Source: Paragordius varius (lineage: Eukaryota; Animalia; Nematomorpha). From it: a DNA stretch of 64,000 nucleotides. Positions within the stretch are counted from its first letter, which is position 1; every line of letters begins with the position of its first letter. The position numbers were made by a program, and so were the translations under genes. Positions 38,401 through 50,565 of this stretch are shown here, in pieces. Location of the stretch: NCBI GenBank assembly GCA_964247055.1, contig OZ176052.1:1054001-1118000 (forward strand), in the 5' to 3' direction. The notes under the pieces are model-generated. The model ran no database searches. It was not told the origin of the DNA and was given only the letters and a program-made list of their open reading frames with translations.

Positions 38401-41330
38401 ATAAATAAATAATTGATATTATTTTACCATTTTTCGTGACATTTATCAGTTTTTAGGTGAAATATAATGTTTTCATAAAAAAGTAAGCAAAATCAAATCA
38501 ATATTTAAATTTGTATAATATACAAGTTTTATTGCGCACATAAGCGCTTAATGATATTTTCAAATATATTTTTTTATAGTCTTATATGATATCAGTTATA
38601 ATTTTCTGAAATATCTTCTTAATTAATTGATAAAAAATAAAAAAATATATATAAAACCTAAAAAAGTAATTATCGAAGTAGGCACAACACATATGCAATG
38701 TTACTATATCTCTCATATAATATTTTATATATGTACATGTAATTATTAATATACCACCAAAATTAACGTAAAAAATGACACACATATATTGAAAAAAAAA
38801 TTACAGTATCTATTTCTATAAATTACTGTAAATATGTAAGTAAATACAACAGAAAGGTTTCATCAAGGGTCATATATGGTGTACTTATTACATATTTTTA
38901 CCATTTGCTAATCATTTTTTCTTTTAAATATTCAATTGTTTTTTTTTCGTGATAATCAATTATTAATATTATACTGTGAAATAAAATTAAACTATTACTA
39001 TGTATCAAAGTAAAGTGTGTTGCTTACAAAAATATATTATCTCGTTGAATTAACTTATAAAAGTATATCCGAAATGCATAATAATACACACACACCTTTA
39101 ATATCTTTGACAACCACTATAAAATACGCAAAAATTATAACCAAAAAATGAGAATCCTGTTTTGAATTGTTTCTGGGTATTTTGGGGACATTACATTCAG
39201 ATAATATATCATCGTGTCCAGTTTCAACGATAGCTTTGTTGGGTGTAGATGATTTTTTTCTCTTATTACCTGGTTAAACAATTAAATTAACCGTCAAATA
39301 AATTATGTTTTTTAAGATTAATATTTACCTATATTAATTTTTAAATCTTTTTAAAAAATAAAATTTTGTTTTAAATTGACATAATAAACTATGTCATAAC
39401 GATATATTTCATATTATAAAGGAGTTATATTAGTTTGAAAACACATAATTTATTTTAAATGGTGAATTTGAATTGTTGAGGGTGAATTTAAACTGTAAAT
39501 GGTAATATAGAGTATAAAAAATATAAATTTATCAGTTACACCTATAATCAATTGTTTTTTGTGAACCAAATATTGATTTCTAAGATAAACATAAATAAAT
39601 ATTACACACTATTTTTTAAACAAAAAAGTTTATTTTTTAACGAATATTATAATAACATCGTATATATGATAATAAATTTCCTGTATGTTGAGCGAATTTG
39701 GTCTAAAATTTGCAATTACCCTCTTTCTTAAAGAAAGTCCTTAAAAAGTGTGGTTTAAATAAAATAAAATTATTATAAAAATATACTAAAATTATTATAA
39801 AAATTGTAATACCTCCACTCATTTTAGGCGTCACAGTTTTATCTTTGTGAGAATCATTTTTTTGATCTTGCACACTTTGTTTGTTTCGCTGACTTCTCTA
39901 ATACAACATCATAAATCAAGTATTAATTTGTAATATAGAGTAGATAAAACTGTAATTATAAAAAATAAAACACCAATATTTTTAACAGTTTTACCATATT
40001 TTTAAACCTTGATTTTTATTCATAATAATATAAAGTTTTAGGAATAGGTTTTTAATTAACCAAAAAATATATTATATTTCAAAGTAAAGATACAACAGAA
40101 AGGATTGATCAAGGAATAATTAGTATATGGTGTATTTATTACATATATTTTTAACCATGTGCTAATCATTTTTTTCAATTGGATATTCTTTTTTTCTTTC
40201 ATAATAATAATTTGTTATTTTACTGTATGTCGTATTTCAATTATATAATAGGGTTATAAAGAAAGGATCTGATATAAAAAAATTTAGACTTTAAGTTTTT
40301 GCGTTTTGCACTAAAGTTCTAATTTATATATGTGCTTCAAAATTTGGTTTAAAAATGATAAATATCAAAATAATATAACGAGGATCATAATTTTTGGTTT
40401 TTTCTATTAATTTTAGGCAAAATGTTTGATCTTCGAAATAACCTTATTTTGATTAAAATTCAATAATTTTTTCATCATTTTTGAATGTTGGACATCCTGT
40501 TTTAAAGTATAATTTTATTTTTTTTCCCGTGAAAATAATATACAAAATAAACAATTGCAGTTTGTAAAATTATCAATACAAAAGTTATCTTAAAATATAA
40601 AAAAACGCTATCGAAGTAAAATATGTTTAATTAGTTTTTACTGAGTTTTCTAATAAAAAATATGTTAAACCGGAAATAAATAGGGTTTTAAATATTAGAG
40701 TTACCCTAAGCATTCCGTGTTTTTCCCACATAGTTTCATAATCTTGCAATTTTGCTTTCTTACGATCTTGATATTCGTCAATACTTTCCATGCGAGCAAA
40801 TAACTTTGCATGTAAGTCCTCTAAATTGGGTTGCTTGTTCCCTAAAAAGAGTTAATCAAACATTTAATACTTCGGCCAGATGATTTGATTAATCTTTCGA
40901 CCGATTTGTGAAGGGCTTTTTGAAATGCCGGACTTGATTGTATAATATCGTCAGGGATTTTGGCTTCCTTTATAGTTTCAATTTTTGTTTTAGAAACTTC
41001 AACTTGAGGTGAAGTGGTTTCACTTATTAAAGAATCATCTGGCGCAAAGATTGAAGACTCTCCAGGACCTATTTCAAAAGTCGAGTTTAAGAGATCTGAA
41101 ATATTTTGTTCATCGGTGTTAGCTTTTGGTATGGTTGCTTTTGGTATGGTTTGCTTTTTCGTTTTACGCCGATGTTTGGTAGCTTTTTCGATTTTGTAAA
41201 TCAATATTCGTTTCTAAACTTTAACACTTAATTATACGTTTAGTTTTCCTTTAACATCCAAGTTCATATCCTGTGCCATTTTATAGAGATCTTTGAATTG
41301 GAGCCCATTTAATTCTGACTTTTTCTTCAT
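35463..41330 (-). CDS. NUSAP1: Nucleolar and spindle-associated protein (NuSAP)-like, 8 exons (41330-41238, 41213-40871, 40841-40705, 39897-39813, 39269-39142, 36207-35964, 35876-35769, 35653-35463), 442 aa
   Basis: N-terminal SAP-like ELNGLQFKDLYKMAQDMNLDVKGKLNKRILI; central PNLEDLHAKLFARMESIDEYQDRKK (cf. human [25 protein letters not shown]); C-terminal YDPKRSLEYTKLTYEQYKGPVLP (cf. [22 protein letters not shown]). Exons sum to 1329 nt. Confidence 0.85.
36536..36662. mobile_element. MITE family B (Tc1/mariner-type), internally deleted 127-bp copy in NuSAP intron 5
   Basis: TA-CAGTAGCGTATGGCATAAAACATTATTAGTCCATAAAA...TTTTATGGACTAATAATGTTTTATGCCATACGCTACTG-TA, with a perfect 38-bp TIR. Confidence 0.92.
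37475..38540 (+). mobile_element. IS630/Tc1-like transposon relic (1066 bp) in NuSAP intron 5, antisense to the host gene
   Basis: Perfect 19-bp TIR TGTGCGCAATAAAACTTGT flanked by TA. Decayed transposase fragments: VSRSTLWKCLK, DLFYVGECGIN..FYGWTRSG, VLDNAPIHH, PYSPQ*NPIE. Confidence 0.9.
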
Positions 41331-42915
41331 AATTCAAAAATTGCGGGCACAAACCTTATTTAGAAATGTTACGAGTTGTTTTTCAGTTAGAATCAAAAAA
41401 CCTTAACCGTAATAATAGTACTTAATATATAAACAGAATTTAATTAAATTCCTCTACCGATCTGCTTATACAACTAAACAACTTAGTAGTTTTTTGATTT
41501 TAATCGTGAAGAGTATTTGAATTTGCGTTAAAATATTTTTGTAATTATTAAAAAAAGACATTTTGATGTTTATAAAGGCTATATATATCAAAAAATATGA
41601 ATGCTAATTCATCAAGTATTTTTATGTCCAAAATAGGGCTAAATAAATAACCTGTTGAAACATATATATTGTGATAGGAAAATGTATGAGGATTATTATG
41701 GTGCTTTTGGTATTGGGCCATCTGAGTGATATAAGAAAATTACAATAGGTTGGTAAGTGCTTTAAATATATTTTTTTATCAAAGCTAGAGTTTTTACTAC
41801 AAAAAATATCACGAAAAATAACATAAAATACGTATAAAAAGCAAATAATATTTTCAAAATAGTGAAATGTTAGATGTGGTGTCTGAAAGTTCTAATTTTT
41901 TACTCTTCTAAAATGGGCTAGTCCTGTTAAAATAAATGCAAAGATACCGGGGGTAGCATAACATTTACAAAGCTAAATTTTAATATCAACGGGACACCAA
42001 ATGCATACCTTTTCCAAAAATTTGATTTTAAGCAAAATTTTGTTGAGGCGTATTTCATACTATTTTGAGTCATGATCGAAATGGTTTAGTAATGGTAAGA
42101 CATAATAAAAAGACTTTTTTAATAAATTCAATGATGCTGAACATCTCTATCATATTAGTTAAAATATTCGTTATTTAAATTTTTGTTAAATATATATTGT
42201 GTTTCTTCAAAAATTAAAAACATACCTTTTAATTTAAATTCTGAAACGATGCAAATGTTGAGCATTATCAATTTCATATGTAACAAGAAGTTTTTAAACC
42301 GTATCCTTGCCTAGAAATATTATAAATTACGCTCTACCATTATGATTAAAATAAAATATGCCATTTACTAAAGATATTTGTAGTTGATATCAAAATACAG
42401 CATATTTAAAATTTGTATCTGGCAACGGCATGTTTACGTTTATTTAAAAGGACTAGCCCATTTTAGAAGATCAAAAAAATTTAGGACTTTCGGAACCCAC
42501 ATCTAAAAATTGAAATTTTTTGAAAATATTGTTTATTAGTTTATTATATAATATGTTATTTTTGAGGCCTCTAGCTTTAAAACCATTTATAAATCTTCGC
42601 AAATTTTCCCATTTTCTGATCTTAACGCCAAAGTGTAAATTACTTTCTGATATCAATCTTAAAAATCAAAGGCACCATGATAAGGGAGAATTATCCTACT
42701 CAAATATATATGATTCATCAGGATAATATTTTGTGAACACTGTGTTTTAAAATAAAAACATTTACATTTCATAACTTGGGATAATGGACAAAATGATGAA
42801 TTCGGATTTCTTAAAAAGTATTAAACGTATGTACTGACTTCAAAAAAATTTTGATAAAAAATATAAATTAAATTTTTATCCCAAACTTTTTACCCGCCAT
42901 TTTTCTGTTTTTTAA

Positions 42916-43497
42916 CACTTGGATACAACACACTTATTTTAGTCCTTCGATTCAAATTGGGGTAGTTGGATACCCCAGGCCTGTTTAAAATCAAATACTT
43001 TTAAAAGTATGGAAGGAAAAGAAACCATGGCAAAATTTTTCACTTATATAACATTAATAAACCGAAATATAAAAAAATTTTTATTCAAAATTACTTGATA
43101 ATACTTATTTTAAGCAAAAACCGAAAGGTAAAAATTTCGTCAACGTGACATGTGTGAAATGGTAAAATAGAAAATAATACAAAATAAACCGCTTTTTCTA
43201 TTTCTATCAATGTTAGATGTAATTTAAATAAAAAAATTAGCTTTAATTTTACCCTTAAAATTGAATGAAGACGATATTTTGCAAAAAATTTGCAAAATAA
43301 AAATGGCGTCGAAGTAGTTTGACATGGAACTTTTTCTTCAAAACAAAATTTTATTAAGATATTTTGGCATATTTATATAATTTTTATTAGGATAGAAGCA
43401 TAAATTTAAATTGGGACCGTTTCCATCAGTAGTTTTTTAAAAATGTTAATTAAAATTTAGTCTGGGGTATTTAGATACCCCAATTTGAATCGAAGTG
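42916..43497. mobile_element. piggyBac-type non-autonomous element (582 bp), inverted relative to 29217-29786
   Basis: TTAA-CACTTGGATAC...CGAAGTG-TTAA. The internal sequence is the reverse complement of the 29.2-29.8 kb copy. Confidence 0.87.
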
Positions 43498-44774
43498 TTA
43501 AATCGTTATCACAATTACAAATAAATAATTATATAATATGGCTCAAAATTAAAATAATTAATTTAACAAGTTTTCAAATTGTACAAGATATTCAATTTAT
43601 AATTTACCTGCTTTGGATCGTTTTGGAGTTAAAATTATTGGAAAGAAAAGACTGTAAAAAATTTACGCTTTTGCATCTAATACCAGATCAATGAGTTGTT
43701 TAACCAAAACAACTTTCAAAACAACAGTCAATTTACAAGTTTAAGTCTTGGTTATAAAACTACCCCAAAATAAATCGTTTACAAAAAAATAAAAGGTCAT
43801 GAATGGCCAATTAAAATTTTAAAACAATCAGATATTTTATTTAAATAATTAGCTATTAAAACAAAATCAAATGCATTTAAAATTAAATAAACATTATATT
43901 TTAGCCATCAATTTTTCCAGTTAACTAACGAATGAGAAAAACTAAAATCTGAGGCATTTGGAAAACTATATAGACGGATTCATACTGTGCTAGTTTTCAA
44001 GATCTTTAATCTGTATTTTTCAAATTATTATTATATTTATATTATAAACTAAAAAAAGTTTTTACATTTTTCGAAGCTATATATTAACCCAAATAAGCAA
44101 ACTTATAATTATTAATTCATTTTAAAGGTTAAATTATTAAGCTAAATAGAAATTATTACAAGTTATCATTTTTAAATATTATATTTTGTAAAATGGTATT
44201 TAATCAATTATTATAGTTCTAACTATGTTTGATTGATATTGTGAATGTCAATTAAGACAAAATCCAGCCTGAGAAATAATATCTGAGGCCATAACTAACC
44301 CAATAATGAAGCCGGACATAATAAATACCGTCTCTAACCTTATGTTATTGTATCTTTAACATCAGATTTGAACCTTGAATGCGAGAAAAGCAATAAATTA
44401 TGGCTATGTAAGGAATTTTTATTTATGAGTTAGTAAAATATTTTTTGAATGATATGCTTGACTATCTATCCCCGTAGTCGATAAATATTTAAGTAAAAAT
44501 CGCAAAACAAAAGTTTTTTTGGATTTTTATGATGGCAAATATTACCCGTAACTAGGTAAAAATTAAAGATAAATACTAAAATATCAATTATAAATACCCT
44601 TTCCTAAAAATTGTGCGGTCCAGTTGCTTCCCAAAAGTTGCATATTTCAACATATAGTATGTGCAAATTAAAATAACATACTTTTTAGCCCAAATTTATG
44701 ATTTTTTTATGTGATGATATGTAGTTAATAAATATAACTTGTTATATAATATGATACTAGTTAAATTTCCCTAA

Positions 44775-46190
44775 TCTATATAATAAAAATGAAAAATGCT
44801 GGCTTTGTGATCTGGTACAGGAAAAACGGTAGACCCATTCAAATCCAAACTTCGAAAAAATATAATCATTAATGAATGCCCCGACAATAGCTTCGCCCCT
44901 TTTTTGAATTAGGCCCCCAGTTCGGGCCCACCCCGTGTGAAAAACGGGTTTTTGTTGAAAACACAAGTCCACAAAAATCGTGTCTTTGAGACAATTTTCC
45001 GGAGAACGTACTGGACCATTCAATTTCAAATATGATTTTTGTTAACTTATTTTCGATTGTGCCGAACATAGTCGTCTCACTTTTTAAATTAGGCCCTCTT
45101 TTTAGCCGCTCCCCCCGTAAAATGCCATTTTTTTCAAAAAACCACAAAAATAATTTTCTGATTCTATTTTTGGCCCAAGGTAGGAGACAGTAAAAATTCA
45201 ATAAGGATTCCACATATTCCCTGTTAAAAGGCAAAAATTTTATTCAAGCGTTTTTTTGATGATAGCTGCTGAGTAAGGCTCTACCCACTAAAAAGTGACC
45301 TGTCATATCTAAATAGCGTGCTTTTGGGGCTAAATTTCCGAAAACCTAACACGCCATGTTCAACAGCTGATAAAGTATTTGTAAAGAGTCAAATTTTTAG
45401 ATCGTGCGGTTTTTTAAAATTAGCCGTTAATTAGGCCCTTTACACCCTGAAAAATGCGCCATTATAGAATGATTTTTTAATTTTGAGGCAATTTTTCTAA
45501 AAACTAATAAGAGAATATGGAATTAATCATGATTCCAGGTATTCTCCGTATAAAGGCAAAAATTTCACTTAAGCGCTTTTTTGTATCAGCTTCTGGGTAG
45601 GGAACTACCCGCCAAAAACTGCGCCACTATATAATTACGTTGTTTTGGAACTATTTAAAAGAAAACTTATGCCATATGAGCTCATTTAAAGTTCGAAATA
45701 TTATTCGTAACTAGGTAAAAATTAAAGTCAGGCCTTTTTTGGGCCTTTATGCCCTAATACGCCATCATATAACGATTATTTAGTATTGAGGTATTTTTCG
45801 AATAACCCATGAGACAATGGTCTCAGCGCTTTTCCATATAGGCTTATGGGTAGGGGTCCGGTTTAAAACTGAGACGCCATACAAAAATGGCGTGGCTTTC
45901 GAGATAATTTTCAAAAAACTTAAGAAGCCAAGGCTTTAAATATTACGCATAAAAAGGTAAAAATTATAGTATAACGGTTTTTTCCGTTAGCCGTCAATTT
46001 GGGGCCTTTACACCAGTAAACAATATATTAGTATGAATGAAATAGAAAATCCATGGGATTATAGCTATTAAATAATGTTTCGAAATAATCCACATATATG
46101 GATCATTTTATTGATTTCTTTTTTCAAATAACCCTCCCAGAAGTCCGAAGGACTTCCTCGGGCTACGTAGCAGCACGAGATATACGCTAG
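44775..46190 (+). mobile_element. Non-autonomous Helitron, 1416 bp, ~3 internal repeat units
   Basis: A-TCTATATAATAAAAATG start; hairpin GAAGTCC-GAA-GGACTTC (46140-46156); palindrome GCTACGTAGC (46162-46171); CTAG-T end; no target duplication. Confidence 0.9.
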
Positions 46191-46874
46191 TTAATATATA
46201 ATTTTTACATTTCGATTTATCTCAATGTTTCTAACTTTAAAATTGAGAGGGAGCCGATTTGAAATTAACCAACCAGTTTTTACCATTTTTATAAGCTTGT
46301 AAAGTACCATTAATAAACCGTGGGGCTTTAATTTTAAGATTCGTTTTGAAAGCGATATCTTTACTACATGCTTCATCATTATCAAAAAAATATTGACTAA
46401 CTATAAAATATAAATAAAATATGTAACCGTATTTGATGTGAGTTTGTTTGATGTCACTTCTATTTACCATATAATATATTTATTATATATCTGTGAAAAA
46501 AAGAGATATCTCAAGTCATCAACAATTTAATGTGATATATCATTTACCGTTTATTATCATTTTTTTGTCGTAGAATTTCTTAGTAAAATCTACAACGTTC
46601 TGTATTTAGTAATTGCAAGTTCAATACACTTTATATCTTATCATATTCTTATTTAATTATTACATATATTATAATTAATTAATATGCATAAATGTCAAAT
46701 GCTTCTTTAAAATGAATTCCATTTTTATTAGTCTAAACGCTAAGAATTCCCCAAATTTATATTTCTGGAAAAATGCGATACGAAGTCTATTCTAATTGAA
46801 AATATTTCATTTAGCTTTAATCTAGAATTATGTAAATGGCTTTTCAATTTTTTTGAAAGATCCGTAATTTTTAT

Positions 46875-49449
46875 ATGCTGCTTATTATGCCACCATACCT
46901 CTTGGCTAAATTATCGCGAAAATCCAATAAGAATAAAAACAACGTTGTTAATATGTATAAAGGATACATATTAACCACCAATGGCTATAATAGAGACCGT
47001 TGGGGTAATTCCTGGAAACCAATGCTTATATTATGTCTTAAAAATTTGGTTCCTAAACTAATACTCCTAAGTCTCTTCATATATTCCGTATTTCTGTTTT
47101 GTGCATCAATATACACAAATGGCTCAGGTACAAGTTAATTTATTAAAACTTACATTTTCGATATAATTAATTTATATTTTGTTTTTTATCAGATTTATCC
47201 AATGCCAAAAAATTTTTAAAGATTTAATCTGTGTGTGAAATCTTAAGTTAAATTTATTCCCGTTTTTGAGTATAATTTTTCCATGAATCCAAAAATTTAT
47301 TTATCCCTTTTAGATTTTTTATGGTTTGCGAGGAGTCCATCCAAACTTCGGGTAAATTTTTGCATTGATATTAAAACTGAAACTTATTTTACGGATTCTT
47401 AGATATTATAGTATTTTTGCATTAAAACCCAAATCAAATACGTTTGTTTATTATATTATTAAAAAACGCATTTTGATGTTCTTAAATCGCTTTTTCAATT
47501 AGTTAGATAACACTGAAAAACAATGAAATCCTACCATCTCAAAGTACAAAAAATTCTAAAGAGGCCCAAACTCTCCCCGAATGGTTCCTGAATGAAGAAG
47601 CTGGTGATTTGTTGGGACAAGAACAAAAACATCGAATCCTTCACATGAATAAACAATGTGGACGATTGGAAACATCTCATTTAGCAACTCTAAGAAATAG
47701 GTTTTTAATCATAAAAATTATTTTTCTCGGCCATTAAAATTATTAAGACAAAGCACAAAAAGTAAAAGACTAACTATCCTTTCTTTAAAGTTTCGAAATA
47801 AAAATTAGATAGGTAAATTGGTAAGCTATTAAATTTTACATTACTCTTTGATATCATATACGTTAACCAAGGTTTGAAAAATATGGCATTTTAATAAATA
47901 TAGTCTGCTTTTTATGTATTTTTTTGTATTTTAATTTTTATTGTATATTTTAGATAATCATTTTTTACTTTATGACTGCTTAGATTGTTGTTGGGAACGC
48001 CCGAAAAATCAGCGCTTTTAAATGGCCTTGATTTCAGGAAAACTCCCATTCATTATTCTTTGGATGCTTTGGAGCCGAGGGATTTTAAACATTTCATATA
48101 CGATGATAAACATAAACTAGTGTACTGTTACGTACCTAAAGTAGCTTGTACTAATTGGAAACGCGTCCTTATAGTTATGTCAGGCAAAGGTGGTCCCACA
48201 CCCTTAGATATTTTGCCCGAAAAAACGCATAATAGATCAAACTTTCAATTTCTCAGTGCGCTGGGGAACATGACTGAAATTCGATGGAGACTTTCACGAT
48301 ACTTAACGTTCGTAGTGGTGAGAGATCCTATGGAAAGACTCCTCTCCGCCTTCCGTGATAAATTTGAAATGCCTTGGAGCGGTTACTTTCAAAAAGTCTT
48401 TGGGACAAAAATCATACGAAAATATCGGCAAAATGCTACCCTTAGATCACTAGAAAAGTATTTTTGGTTTTTTATTTCTTGGTTTACTGTTTAAATTTAT
48501 TTTATTACCTTTCTATGCAGTAAAAATTGAGATTATACAGACAACTTCAAAACAGAGACATTTTTTAAAAAAACCGTTGTACTTGTTACTTATCCTTTTC
48601 AAATATAAGTCATTATTTTATAATTGCATTGCAAAGTGTGAAATCTGTATTGGTATCACAAATCAACTATGTCTTTTACAATTGTAATTAAATAATTTAT
48701 ACGGAAATTAGAATTCAAAAAAATATGGTTGTCTTTTAAAAAATTTTTATCTTTATATTTTAACGTTTCGTTTGTATAATTTTAATTTTTACTGTGAATA
48801 AAGTATTAAATACTTTCTTATTCACACTCCCCAATCAACGGTGCAAAATAACTTTTAGCGATGTTCAAAAATTTCTTGTTTTTGCCCGCATTCATTAGTT
48901 TTTTAACAAACATAGTCAACGTTATAAGGCTTACCATTACTAAAAATGGAAATTAAAATTGTTTACAATAGTGTAAGTGTAACTGTGAACAAAATATAAA
49001 GTTTTTTTTCCATCAACTATAGGGGTCATGACGTAACTTTCCAAGAGTTTATCCGTTACCTGACGGATCAATACGAGCTTCCTGGGGTCGGGACACTCGG
49101 GTTGAATGAACATTGGCAACCGGCTTATGCTATGTGTCACCCGTGTGCCATAAACTACGATGTTTTAGGTCATTATGCAACGCTTGAACGCGATGCAAAT
49201 TACATACTCAGTCTTGTAGGCGTTTACCCTCAAATAGCCTTTCCTCCTATGCCTGGCCACCATGCGGGAAACAGAAAAACGATTCATATGATCAATCGAT
49301 ATGTCAGGCGACTGACCCCAGAACAAATTGGAAAATTAGAGCGCATATACGCTCAAGATGAATTGATCTTCAATTATACGTTCCGTCGACCAAGGACACA
49401 TAACCTTAATATTCCGTTGGTGTCGGCTTCTGAAATCATTCGAAAATAG
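46875..49449 (+). CDS. CHST11: Carbohydrate sulfotransferase 11-like (chondroitin 4-O-sulfotransferase family), 5 exons (46875-47127, 47314-47351, 47507-47700, 47984-48457, 49023-49449), 461 aa
   Basis: Type II TM; 5'-PAPS motif YCYVPKVACTNWKR; 3'-PAPS motif FVVVRDPMERLLSAFRDKF; DVTFQEF; NEHWQP..CHPCAINYDVLGHYATLERD. The 5' exons are less certain and paralog identity within CHST8-14 is not resolved. Confidence 0.88.
48518..48794. mobile_element. MITE family A copy in sulfotransferase intron 4
   Basis: CAGTAAAAATTGAGATTATACAGAC...GTATAATTTTAATTTTTACTG; flanks are TG/TG rather than TA. Confidence 0.8.
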
Positions 49450-49788
49450 TTTTGAAATGAAGGAAGTTTTTATGGCAATCTAAAGAATTATCTGTGGTAA
49501 AATATTGAACGTCTATACAATACACTAACACTACCTTACGTTATATAATTGTTATGTTAGTAAATAAATTATTGTTATACATAATCAGTAATTACTTTTG
49601 TCATTTTAGGTGATTGAACTATCAATAATTTGCAAATATTATCTGTTTTTAAAAAATTTCTTATAAACAATCGTCTGCCAATTTGCCACAGTTAAAGTAT
49701 TACGTACAATAGTTTCATTTATTTACAGAATATGGTAATCATTATATAATTTTTATTTGGAATTGAGCGATACATATGTGAAATGACA

Positions 49789-50565
49789 TCACATATCTTC
49801 CGTGCTCCATTTATAAGCCAATTCTTTGAGTGCTGTTTGTTTTGCCTGCCGTTCAAAGTATCGTTTTTCATAACCATTAGATCGGTCGACTCCGTCCCAG
49901 CGATAACCAGGCGGAATACCAAATCTGTTTGGTGCGTAGTGACCTTTGTATTTGGGCGTTTCGGGTTTCGAAGGGTCTCGTTTGGCTTTAGAGAAAAATT
50001 TGAACATGGGATCATCTTTGTGTAATTGTGATTTGAGATAAGAATCGACAGAGGCATCACCTGCTTGACGAGTTAATGGCCCCTCCATAGATTCCTTGGC
50101 CATTTTAAGCCTGTCAGCCTTTTCGGCATCTTGTTTAAGACCACGTTTCCAAACTTCATGCATAGTTTTTGTAGGCGATTTATCCCTAATTTTATTATTT
50201 TGAGAGGTGTGACTTGGACTCAATTTACTTTGGGGTGATTTTGGTTCTTCTTTCACTTTTATGATTGAGGGTATATTTACAATTTTGGGCTTTTTAAAAG
50301 TTTTTAAATTATCACGTGGAATATCTAAATCACTACCATCACTATCTCCGTGGTCGGAAGAAGCATTTTCAATAGATTTCCAAAACATTGAGCTTGAGTC
50401 ACCTTTTGAAAGCAGTCTAACATCTTCTATAATTGGTTTATTTTCTTCCAAATTAGAATATACATCAATATCCAGGTCTCCATGCGATTCAATTGGAATA
50501 TCATCGTCAATCAAAAAGTGTGATTTTTTACCAGGCTTCGTGCGATGTTTAACTTTTACACTCAT
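49789..50565 (-). CDS. BUD13: BUD13 homolog (RES splicing complex), intronless, 258 aa
   Basis: C-terminal Bud13 domain D..LK.QLHKDDPM..F, P.YKGHYAPNRFGIPPGYRWDGVDRSNGYEKRYF..A...ELAYKWSTEDM; N-terminal IDDD motif. Confidence 0.93.
   Translation of the reverse strand: MSVKVKHRTKPGKKSHFLIDDDIPIESHGDLDIDVYSNLEENKPIIEDVRLLSKGDSSSMFWKSIENASSDHGDSDGSDLDIPRDNLKTFKKPKIVNIPSIIKVKEEPKSPQSKLSPSHTSQNNKIRDKSPTKTMHEVWKRGLKQDAEKADRLKMAKESMEGPLTRQAGDASVDSYLKSQLHKDDPMFKFFSKAKRDPSKPETPKYKGHYAPNRFGIPPGYRWDGVDRSNGYEKRYFERQAKQTALKELAYKWSTEDM

Noticed and set aside
41214-41237. Stop-codon read-through as an alternative to the 24-nt intron
   Set aside because: It would need two stops (TAA and TAG) suppressed within 8 codons; the GT-AG ends match the other micro-introns.
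44480-44761. Second Helitron 3' end (CTAG-T at 44757-44761) just upstream of the 44775 copy
   Set aside because: No subterminal hairpin or matching 5' TC end; only a short piece of internal-unit similarity.
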